Shown: one piece after another, positions 8,083 to 16,141 of the stretch
Numbering within the stretch: position 1 is the first letter of the stretch
Layout: each line of letters opens with the position of its first letter
Source: a virus
Lineage: Duplodnaviria; Caudoviricetes
DNA: 58,890 nt
Direction: 5' to 3' (one strand)
IMG/VR virus record: IMGVR_UViG_3300032236_000503
Span: 1 to 58,890 of that record
Made by a program: the position numbers and the translations under genes
The notes under the pieces: model-generated
Databases searched by the model: none
Seen by the model: the letters and a program-made list of their open reading frames with translations, nothing else
What the model was told of the DNA's origin: nothing

Positions 8083-8414
8083 AGCAACTCCAAAGGCACA
8101 TCAACTTCATCGCCAAATTTGCTGGCTACATAGCAGCGCATGGCTGCAATCAGGGGGGTTGGGCCGTAAAAGCGGCAATCGCAATCTATTTGCGCTCGCC
8201 ACTCGATTCCGAATGTACTGGGTTCAAGCCGACAAAGTTCAAAGCCCTCCCTCTCAATAATCGGCCCGCCTTGCGCCCAATCGGTTGAGAATGTTAGGAA
8301 CCAGTCGGTGTCATCGCCGAACATGATGTTCATCGCAGCGGTATCGTGGTCAATACCTTCGCACATTGCGACCGCCCAATCAAGGGCGTGGCCTGTCAGT
8401 TCACCTGTCTTCAT
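8079..8414 (-). CDS. NinX/DUF2591 family protein
   Basis: LTGHALDWAVA...STDWAQGGPIIERE...GPTPLIAAMRCYVASKFG. Confidence 0.85.
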   Translation of the reverse strand: MKTGELTGHALDWAVAMCEGIDHDTAAMNIMFGDDTDWFLTFSTDWAQGGPIIEREGFELCRLEPSTFGIEWRAQIDCDCRFYGPTPLIAAMRCYVASKFGDEVDVPLELL

Positions 8415-8575
8415 TTGCTTTCTCCTTCGTTCATTACTTCAGCCATCAATACACCAAAGAACACGCCGCCCATTACCAGCGCAGCGTTGCCCATCCAACT
8501 ATCATTACCCCATCCAAAATAGATGCAGGTCTGCGCTGCTAATGCAGCCAACACATAGAAAAATTTATCAGTCAT
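8411..8575 (-). CDS. 54-aa two-TM membrane protein
   Basis: manual translation MTDKFFYVLAALAAQTCIYFGW...ALVMGGVFFGVLMAE; fills the gap with overlaps. Confidence 0.55.
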   Translation of the reverse strand: MTDKFFYVLAALAAQTCIYFGWGNDSWMGNAALVMGGVFFGVLMAEVMNEGESK

Positions 8576-8816
8576 CTTCGCTCTCCTCGCGTTCGTATTT
8601 CACAAAGTCTTCCGGTTGCAGGGGCGGGTTCTCCATCGCGTGTTGCATCATCTCCCACACCTCGCGCATACCCTCCATAGTTTCAGACCCCACGCAAGCA
8701 CTGCTGTACCCGTTGGGTTGTCCTGCTTTGTTGTAAGTAACCTCTTGCAGAACGTACCAGTCCTCACCGCCATTGCCCCGTTTGTCGTTGACGATTCTGT
8801 AATTCCAAGTAAACAT
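8568..8816 (-). CDS. hypothetical phage protein
   Basis: MFTWNYRIV... preceded by an AGGAG RBS. Confidence 0.7.
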   Translation of the reverse strand: MFTWNYRIVNDKRGNGGEDWYVLQEVTYNKAGQPNGYSSACVGSETMEGMREVWEMMQHAMENPPLQPEDFVKYEREESEDD

Positions 8817-8836
8817 TTTGATTCTCCTAAGGCGGC

Positions 8837-10444
8837 TCACGCCGCCAGTTTGATTTGTTTAAATGCAACCTCGCCGATGTTCGCGCCGTTGACGCGCACC
8901 GCCTTGGGGTATGCGTGGGAGATATCCAACTGGATACCCACACCGATGGTTGTGATCCCCAAAGCCTCGCCTGATAGGCACTGCGCCTTCACCGACTCGC
9001 CATCGCCTTCGCCGTCAGTGATCACAAACACTACCTTGCGCGACTCAGGGCGACCATGCAGCAACTCATGGGCATAGCGCAGCGCAGCGTAGTCGTTGGT
9101 ATCGCCGCCATCATCAACCCGCGCAACCCGCTGCAAACCCTTAGCTACTGGCATCTCGAACGGTTTCAGCACCGATACGCTGCTGCCGAATGTCAGCACC
9201 GCCGTCTTGACCTGCGCACGGTTCAACGTGTCCAGCATTGCCGCCGTGGTTTTCACTGCGTGGTTGATGTAGCAGGTAGGGATAACCTCCCCATTTTTGT
9301 CAAGCCGAATATTCCCGTTCGCGTCTTCTTCGTAACTCATGGAGAACATAGAACCCGAAACATCCAGCAGGATCACCACGGCGGAATCGATCCCCTCCGA
9401 TTCAAGACGGCGTTTAAACAAACGATCCGATAAATCAACCTTATGCAGCGACCGCACATCCAGCGATCCAGCGCGGCGGTTGTTTTGGAATTCTTCAGTC
9501 GCTGAATTCTCAAATAATTTCTTCACCTCATAGCGCATACGCGCTGGCACGTTTACCGTCAGGTCTCGGGCTGTCCTGTTGTCCGAATGGTGGTAAGCCT
9601 CTTTCCGCACCGCCGCCTTTGTGTAGGTGCCGCCTGCCGAATTGCCCGATGGTTTGAGGGATGGCTCGACCTCACGGGCGCGCATTTTTTCGGTTGGTGC
9701 AGTGGCCTTGCCTGCCTGCTGCCCTGCCTGCTGGCCGTCCTGCTGACCCGCCTGCTGGCCGTTTTTCCCATCGCCTGCACCCTTACCCTTACCCTGCCCC
9801 TGATCGCCGCTCTGAGACCCCTTAGAACCCTTTGGCGGGGCATCATCAAGCTTCTGCAACTGATCCCAAACCCACTTAGCAAGAGCCAGCGTGTCGGTGC
9901 TGTTGTAGCAGCCATCGATTCGGCGCTTAGCCTCAGCGAAGATCGGCTCAAGCCCATCTGCCAGCGGTACGCGCTTGCAGAATCCCCGCGCGTAGACCGC
10001 CAGCGAAAAGGGATATTGACGTGGATCTGCCCAATCCTTCACCTCAACAATTGCTTTATCGACCATGCCATCGACCAGCGTGGTCAGCAGTCCGGAGATA
10101 TTCCCCGTTAACTGGTTGGCAATGCCCGTGCGTTCGATCCATGCATCCTCGATTGCGTTGTGTAATTGCTTCAGGTATTGGGTGCTGCCGTTCGCATCGA
10201 AGTCGGTGTACTTTGCGTGAAGCAACTCATGCACCACAAAACCTGTATACCGTTCGACCAGTGCCTGATTGACCACAGCATCATCTGCGACATTCGCCAA
10301 ATAGACATCACCGTGTTGGTTGATCCCCGCCGTGGTGATATTGGAATCCCAGCGCAGCGTGATGCGGCGACCGAAGTCACTGGCGATCTTATGTGCAGCG
10401 GCCTCAACCCCTGCCCGAAATTGGATACCGTTTAAACGTTTCAT
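8837..10444 (-). CDS. CobT-like VWA protein with N-terminal HExxH metallopeptidase-like domain
   Basis: HELLH...NAIEDAWIE, MIDAS DVSGSM, VITDGEG. Confidence 0.85.
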   Translation of the reverse strand: MKRLNGIQFRAGVEAAAHKIASDFGRRITLRWDSNITTAGINQHGDVYLANVADDAVVNQALVERYTGFVVHELLHAKYTDFDANGSTQYLKQLHNAIEDAWIERTGIANQLTGNISGLLTTLVDGMVDKAIVEVKDWADPRQYPFSLAVYARGFCKRVPLADGLEPIFAEAKRRIDGCYNSTDTLALAKWVWDQLQKLDDAPPKGSKGSQSGDQGQGKGKGAGDGKNGQQAGQQDGQQAGQQAGKATAPTEKMRAREVEPSLKPSGNSAGGTYTKAAVRKEAYHHSDNRTARDLTVNVPARMRYEVKKLFENSATEEFQNNRRAGSLDVRSLHKVDLSDRLFKRRLESEGIDSAVVILLDVSGSMFSMSYEEDANGNIRLDKNGEVIPTCYINHAVKTTAAMLDTLNRAQVKTAVLTFGSSVSVLKPFEMPVAKGLQRVARVDDGGDTNDYAALRYAHELLHGRPESRKVVFVITDGEGDGESVKAQCLSGEALGITTIGVGIQLDISHAYPKAVRVNGANIGEVAFKQIKLAA

Positions 10445-10454
10445 TTGCAGCCCC

Positions 10455-11930
10455 TTACAGGTTGGAAAGAATGAATGCTGGATCGATGTATGCGGCCTTG
10501 ATGGCCTCGATGGCGGTGGCGGATTCCGATGGCTGGCGGTGACCGATGGACGCAGCCCAAGCCTCATCAACACCCAGCACAGCGACCGACCGCACAAACG
10601 CCATCACCGATCGGATCGATGGTGCGTCAATAATGTCGCCCGATGTAACCTTGGCGCGGCAGGCGTGGACGGCCTTTAAGACGTGTTCAGCCACTGCGTA
10701 GGTGCAGCCAGTGTGACGCACGACCGCCTCGATCTCCACGGCTGGTTCCATATGTTTAAACGCCACAACCCGTGCAAAGCGGTCAGCCAGTGCGCTGTTC
10801 ATAGTGCGAGTGCCTGCATAGCGTCCGCTCTCATCACCGTTTGTCATGGTGTTGTCAGCGGCGAACACCAGCACATCAGCAGCCCTGCGCCACACCTGAC
10901 CGCCATATGAGACCGCGCTGTTCGACTCTAGGAAACCGTTCAGCACAGCCAGCGCAGCAGGATCTGCGTTCGTTATCTCATCCAACAGAATGACGCTGGC
11001 AGGTGTGGTGAATGCGCGGAGGAAGTCGCCCATCTTGAAAACCGTTGCGCCGTTCTCCAGCCCGACCGATCCGACAAAGTCCTCCGCCGTGGTGAATTTA
11101 TTGAAGTTGATTCGGCAATACCCGCGCCCCGTACGGGCGGCAAACTGGCGGACGGTTTCCGATTTACCCGTGCCTTTTTCCCCGCCAAACCACAGGTTCT
11201 CGCCCGTTGATTGACTCAGCAGCAGATGGCGCAGGATCGAATCCGACCACACAAAGTGCGGATCAATCGCAGGGGCGCAACTATCATCAAAATGATGCAC
11301 CAGCATCTCGCCGCCCATCGCGTTCGAGACCGAAACCCCGAAGGTATTGATGGCTGGATGGGTGCCGACACGTTGCACCGAAACCATCTGCCCGACCACG
11401 GCCTGCGCACCAGCCGCCTGCACCGCCTGCTCGAATGGTTTAAACGCACGGGCGACCGCATCGGTCACCGCCTGCGATACCTTGATGTCATCGACCAGCG
11501 GCTCCGACTTGATGGCCTGCACCTCACGAATGAGCGTGTCTTGCAGGGTTGCGTTTGTCAGTACCGCCGTGCGCAGATCGGACAATGCCAAAGTGATCGA
11601 GGTGAACCCATCATGCATATGCTGCTCGACCGACCGCGCCTTATCCAGCGCGACCAGTGCATCCTGCGCAGCGTTATCGGCGACCTGCACAACTGGTTTC
11701 AAAGCAATGTTAAAAGCATCGGGGGACGCAACGGGTTGCGCTACGGGTTGCGTAGGGATTACCGCCCGCACATCGGCGACTGTGATGCGGCCTTGGTTGA
11801 TCATGGCCGCAAGCTTTCCGACCGCCGCCGTTTTGCCAGCCCATGCATCGGCACCGATCCAGCGATCCGATGCAGTGCGGATAACAGCCAACGGTATATT
11901 GGCTAAATCTATTGTGATGTCGTTTGCCAT
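10455..11930 (-). CDS. MoxR/CobS-like AAA+ ATPase
   Basis: Walker A GEKGTGKS, Walker B ILLDE, NSALADRF. Confidence 0.88.
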   Translation of the reverse strand: MANDITIDLANIPLAVIRTASDRWIGADAWAGKTAAVGKLAAMINQGRITVADVRAVIPTQPVAQPVASPDAFNIALKPVVQVADNAAQDALVALDKARSVEQHMHDGFTSITLALSDLRTAVLTNATLQDTLIREVQAIKSEPLVDDIKVSQAVTDAVARAFKPFEQAVQAAGAQAVVGQMVSVQRVGTHPAINTFGVSVSNAMGGEMLVHHFDDSCAPAIDPHFVWSDSILRHLLLSQSTGENLWFGGEKGTGKSETVRQFAARTGRGYCRINFNKFTTAEDFVGSVGLENGATVFKMGDFLRAFTTPASVILLDEITNADPAALAVLNGFLESNSAVSYGGQVWRRAADVLVFAADNTMTNGDESGRYAGTRTMNSALADRFARVVAFKHMEPAVEIEAVVRHTGCTYAVAEHVLKAVHACRAKVTSGDIIDAPSIRSVMAFVRSVAVLGVDEAWAASIGHRQPSESATAIEAIKAAYIDPAFILSNL

Positions 11931-11932
11931 AG

Positions 11933-12532
11933 TTATTCTCCAGCGGTTAATGCGAAAGTGTCACCATCGAGGTGGCAGGTGGGCAGACCTTGCGCCGCCC
12001 ATTTTTGGGTAAGGCGGATGGTGTATCCGCAGGTTGGGCAGACCGCCTTAAGCATTCGGGTGGCCTGCACCTTGCGGGTGGTCATGGATAGTTGGGCGTG
12101 AGGGTATTCACCAAGCCCATCGATAATCGCCCCGAAGGCGGCGCGGAAAGCGTCCCCGCCTGTTGTGGCCTTGTAGCCCTTGGTTGCGGACGGGATCAGA
12201 TGCATGGCATCGGCGACCTTCTGAAACGACACGCCATGATTCATTGCGCCGGAGGTGGTGTGGCACAACTCATGCACCAGCACATCGGCAACACGGTACG
12301 GATCAGCCAGCACTGGCGAGATCATGATCTCCATTGACTTGTCCGCGCTGGCAGTGTCAGCCCAGCATTCCCCGATAGCACCGGAGCGTTTTGCGGTGGA
12401 GGGAAACCCGCAGGACACCCGCACCTTAAGGGGGATCGGTGCAGCCTGAGCGGCGAACACGGCGCGGAATTCTTCGACCGCAGCGGTCAACCATTCCTCG
12501 CGGGTTGCGTAAATTTTAAGCAGTGCGGTCAT
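11933..12532 (-). CDS. SprT-like zinc metalloprotease
   Basis: VLVHELCH...HGVSF plus a C-terminal CPTC zinc ribbon. Confidence 0.75.
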   Translation of the reverse strand: MTALLKIYATREEWLTAAVEEFRAVFAAQAAPIPLKVRVSCGFPSTAKRSGAIGECWADTASADKSMEIMISPVLADPYRVADVLVHELCHTTSGAMNHGVSFQKVADAMHLIPSATKGYKATTGGDAFRAAFGAIIDGLGEYPHAQLSMTTRKVQATRMLKAVCPTCGYTIRLTQKWAAQGLPTCHLDGDTFALTAGE

Positions 12533-12663
12533 ACAGCACCCCGCACTTTGATGGCAAGGCACTCGGCGTATGAGCCGACAAAAATAATGCGGTAGCTATT
12601 CCGCACGGTATCGCCTTTGCAGACAATGACATTACCGTGGGCGTTGGCCTGAGCGGTATACAT
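12529..12663 (-). CDS. 44-aa hypothetical protein
   Basis: GGAG RBS within a repeated leader element. Confidence 0.6.
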   Translation of the reverse strand: MYTAQANAHGNVIVCKGDTVRNSYRIIFVGSYAECLAIKVRGAV

Positions 12664-12733
12664 GGATAGGTTCTCCGGTTGCAGTGCGACATTGCACTGG
12701 CAAGCCCCGCAAGCGAGGCAAGCCGCTGAAATG

Positions 12734-12949
12734 TCAGGCGGTCTCAAGGGTTCCCGCTTTAATACGGCGGGAGACGGCCTTGGCAATTGAACGGTTGCGC
12801 ATCTGCACGTCCCGTATGGCATCTATCTCAGCCCACAGCTTGCGCCCGTAGGGATGGTCAGCCTCATATTTGCCAGCCTCCAGTGCAGCGTAGCAATCAG
12901 CCAGCGCGTAGGCCAGCATCGGTGCGGTGTAGTGTTCAAACTTGTTCAT
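12734..12949 (-). CDS. hypothetical protein
   Basis: 71-aa ORF in the operon. Confidence 0.6.
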   Translation of the reverse strand: MNKFEHYTAPMLAYALADCYAALEAGKYEADHPYGRKLWAEIDAIRDVQMRNRSIAKAVSRRIKAGTLETA

Positions 12950-12952
12950 GGC

Positions 12953-13120
12953 TCAGCGTCCCAGCAGTCGGTCAGCGTCTAGTGCTGCCTGCTCTAGCAG
13001 CTTGGCATCTGCACTGGTCAGTAGCAGGGCGGCGAAGGGGTGTTTGTATTCATAGGCCAGCAGACGGGCGGCGGTCTTAGCGTTGGGGTTTGCTTTGTAG
13101 GCATCGATCAGCTTCTGCAT
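12953..13120 (-). CDS. 55-aa hypothetical protein, first gene of the minus-strand operon
   Basis: manual translation MQKLIDAYKANPNAKTAARLLAY...; GGAG RBS in the repeated leader. Confidence 0.6.
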   Translation of the reverse strand: MQKLIDAYKANPNAKTAARLLAYEYKHPFAALLLTSADAKLLEQAALDADRLLGR

Positions 13121-13469
13121 CTCATTCTCCGGTTGTCAGTGCGATATTGCACTGGACGCGATCTTAATATCGTTTACACCATCGATTTCGCCAGCCCATG
13201 CAAATCGCAACCAGAGTTGTAGTTATTTTGGTCTATCAATGTCTACCCATGTATAACCCCAAATAGCTATAACTGACTGAATCGCGCGATGCGCGCGCGT
13301 AGCACAGGCCATGCCATGCAAGCAAAGTGCATAACAATGAATGCAAACTGTTGTCTTTCAAAACGCCTTTAAACGGCCTCAGAGCGTTTTTTTGGGGTTC
13401 AAGCACCCTACCCCTTAACCCTTCCCTGAAAACCTCACCAGCGCGTTTTCGAAACTTAAGTTGGAAAAT

Positions 13470-13546
13470 CTATCCACAGAATGCGGTGGATAACTTTACT
13501 TATCCACAACCCTGTGGATAACTTGATGTGGAAAAAATGTGGATAA
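13470..13546. promoter_or_regulatory. cluster of six DnaA boxes
   Basis: TTATCCACA 13500, TGTGGATAA 13513 and 13538, TGTGGAAAA 13527, one-mismatch copies at 13470 and 13485. Confidence 0.8.
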
Positions 13547-13561
13547 CTTATAATGGTTCAA

Positions 13562-13595
13562 CTGTTGGTTTAAACAGTACTGAGTTTATGTACAG
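13562..13595. promoter_or_regulatory. tandem SOS (LexA) box-like sites
   Basis: CTGT-N8-ACAG at 13562-13577 and CTGA-N8-ACAG at 13580-13595. Confidence 0.6.
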
Positions 13596-13610
13596 GAATA
13601 GGGGCAAGCT

Positions 13611-14165
13611 ATGGTGAATCGCACTGCAATAGAGCAACTCGAATCAATGGACGATCCAGAAGTGGAACAGGGGCAGGATCAACCATCGGATACTGATTTT
13701 GAAAACCCCGCGAACCCCAGCGAAGCGGAACGGTCTGCTCCAGTACGCATACGAGACATGACCCACGCAATGAGGACATTCGTTGCAGCCAAGCTTTCAG
13801 GTAAGAGCAGCAAGGACTCTTATAGGCAGGCATACCCAAACGACACCAGCACAGACCAAACCATCAGCAGCAACGCCTACAAACTCACCAAGCATCCATT
13901 AGTGGCAAAGGCGCTTCAAGATGCATGGGGGCAGACCGAGGAGGCGCTGGTAGACGATCTGGCGGCGAGCAAACGATATGTGATCCAAAGCTTGATTGCG
14001 ATGTCCAAATCCGCCAAGCAGGAAGGCAGTCGTTTAAAAGCACTGGAGCTACTCGGCAAAGCATCAGGCGCATTCGCAGCGGCAGCACCAGCAACTGAAG
14101 CACCACTGACAGCAGCGGAACTGAAGGCGCAACTCAGCGGACACCTGAAACTGCTGAAAGGTTAG
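13611..14165 (+). CDS. terS: terminase small subunit
   Basis: SYRQAY...AYKL HTH-like region and RLKALELLGK motif; upstream of TerL. Confidence 0.75.
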   Translation: MVNRTAIEQLESMDDPEVEQGQDQPSDTDFENPANPSEAERSAPVRIRDMTHAMRTFVAAKLSGKSSKDSYRQAYPNDTSTDQTISSNAYKLTKHPLVAKALQDAWGQTEEALVDDLAASKRYVIQSLIAMSKSAKQEGSRLKALELLGKASGAFAAAAPATEAPLTAAELKAQLSGHLKLLKG

Positions 14166-14351
14166 CGTTTACACAGCGGTGGTTTACACGGTGGTGGGTA
14201 CGGTGTGACCCACTGGCCCCCCACCCCCCTCTTTTGCCGTGGTCGCGCCCGTCTGCGGTTACGCTCTAATCCATTCAAACGATTACAAGCTACCCACCCC
14301 CTTGTCCTCCATTTTCCATCCCCCCGGGGGTATATATATTTTGTATATACA

Positions 14352-14399
14352 TTGCGAACGTTCTCTTCCCTTGCGAACGTTCTCAAATGTGTTTACACT
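14352..14399 (+). promoter_or_regulatory. sigma70 promoter with duplicated operator
   Basis: TTGCGA-17-TACACT; TTGCGAACGTTCTC repeated at 14352 and 14371. Confidence 0.65.
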
Positions 14400-14406
14400 A
14401 CCCCGC

Positions 14407-14637
14407 ATGACTAAACGTAGGCAACTTGTTTTGGACTTCATACGAACGTATATGAAGCAGCATGGTGTGTCTCCAAGTTATGACACGATAGCGAAGGGAT
14501 TGGGCATGAGTTCCAAATCCAACATTCACCGCATCATTCACCGTTTAAAGCAAGATGGGCATTTGGAGTTGAAGCCATACAAGTTTCATTCGATTAAGTT
14601 GGTTGACCAAACAGCAAAGATGTTGGCAAAGCTATGA
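14407..14637 (+). CDS. LexA-type winged-helix DNA-binding protein (no peptidase domain)
   Basis: MTKRRQLVLDFI...PSYDTIAKGLGMSSKSNIHRIIHRLKQDGHL. Confidence 0.85.
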   Translation: MTKRRQLVLDFIRTYMKQHGVSPSYDTIAKGLGMSSKSNIHRIIHRLKQDGHLELKPYKFHSIKLVDQTAKMLAKL

Positions 14638-16133
14638 CTCTTCTTACGCAGCAAGAGATATCGGATTACTTAAAGATAGTGGACAAAGTCCCGGAGTCGG
14701 AGCGGGTAAAGATTAGGACCCTGTTGGAAATGGATAGGGTTGAGCGGTGCAAGGAGTCATTCCTACCATTTGTAAAAGAGATGTGGCCTGTGTTTATATC
14801 GGGCAAGCACCATCAAATCATGGCAGATGCCTTTGAGAGGGTTGCACATGGTGAGTTGAAGAGATTGATTATCAACATGCCGCCCCGTCATACAAAGAGT
14901 GAGTTTGCTTCGTATTTGTTGCCTGCATGGTTTTTGGGCAAGTTCCCGCAAAAGAAGATCATCCAAACTGCTCACACCGCAGAACTCTCAACGGGGTTTG
15001 GTCGTAAGGTTCGTAATCTTGTGTCATCCGATACATACCAGAAGGTGTTTGATGTAAAGCTATCAAGTGACAGCAAAGCTGCTGGAAGATGGAACACTAG
15101 CGCTGGAGGTGATTACTTTGCTATTGGTGTAGGCGGAGCTGTGACTGGTAAGGGTGCAGATTTGTTAATTATTGACGATCCCCACTCGGAACAGGAAGCA
15201 AAGCAAAACAATCCCGCAGTGTTTGATCAGGTGTATGAGTGGTACACATCTGGCCCGCGTCAGCGTTTGCAGCCTAACGGGGCGATTATTATTGTGATGA
15301 CCCGGTGGGCAAAGAGAGACCTCACCGGGCAGATTCTTAAGAAGTCGGGCGGAGATGGTGTTGACAATTGGGAGGTGATTGAGTTCCCCGCAATCCTCCC
15401 ATCCGGAACGCCGCTATGGCCTGCGTTTTGGTCAAAGACTGAACTGGAAGCTATTAAAGCGGAGATCCCCGTATCCAAATGGGAAGCGCAGTATCAGCAA
15501 AACCCAACCGGCAATGAAGGCGCAATCATCAAGCGGGATCATTGGAAAATATGGGAGGAGAAGCGTCCCCCTATGTGTGACTACATCATTCAGTCGTGGG
15601 ATACCGCGTTTGAAAAGAACAACCGCGCTGACTACTCCGCATGCACTACATGGGGTGTTTTTGATCATCCCGACTCACATGGAAATGAAAAGACCAACAT
15701 CATCTTGTTGGATGCGTTTAAATCCCGTATGGAGTTTCCGGAACTGAAGGCTAAGGCTTTGCAAATGTACAAAGAGTACGAGCCGGATATGTTAATTGTG
15801 GAAAAGAAGGCAGCAGGCGCTCCTCTTATCTATGAGATGAGGCAGATGGGCATTCCGTTATCGGAGTACACCCCCGGCAAAGGGAACGACAAGATAGCGC
15901 GTGTAAACTCTATTGCAGACCTGTTTGCCTCCGGAGTTGTTTGGTGTCCGGAAACAAGATGGGCCGAAGAGGTTATGGATGAGTTAGCGTCATTCCCCAA
16001 TGGCGAACATGATGATTTGGTTGACTCAAGCAGTCAAGCATTGATGAAATTTCGACAGGGCGGATTCATCCGGTTGGAATCCGATGAAAAAGATGAACCG
16101 TTTTTTACCAAACGTAAATTTGAATACTATTAA
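14634..16133 (+). CDS. terL: terminase large subunit
   Basis: INMPPRHTKS, LIIDDPH, SWDTA, HDDLVD. Confidence 0.95.
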   Translation: MTLLTQQEISDYLKIVDKVPESERVKIRTLLEMDRVERCKESFLPFVKEMWPVFISGKHHQIMADAFERVAHGELKRLIINMPPRHTKSEFASYLLPAWFLGKFPQKKIIQTAHTAELSTGFGRKVRNLVSSDTYQKVFDVKLSSDSKAAGRWNTSAGGDYFAIGVGGAVTGKGADLLIIDDPHSEQEAKQNNPAVFDQVYEWYTSGPRQRLQPNGAIIIVMTRWAKRDLTGQILKKSGGDGVDNWEVIEFPAILPSGTPLWPAFWSKTELEAIKAEIPVSKWEAQYQQNPTGNEGAIIKRDHWKIWEEKRPPMCDYIIQSWDTAFEKNNRADYSACTTWGVFDHPDSHGNEKTNIILLDAFKSRMEFPELKAKALQMYKEYEPDMLIVEKKAAGAPLIYEMRQMGIPLSEYTPGKGNDKIARVNSIADLFASGVVWCPETRWAEEVMDELASFPNGEHDDLVDSSSQALMKFRQGGFIRLESDEKDEPFFTKRKFEYY

Positions 16134-16141
16134 GGAACCGT

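Noticed and set aside
8837-11930. Cobalamin biosynthesis (cobS/cobT) auxiliary genes
   Set aside because: Generic MoxR-VWA motifs only; no other cobalamin genes
11211-12012. Long antisense ORFs on the plus strand
   Set aside because: Shadow frames of GC-rich minus-strand genes
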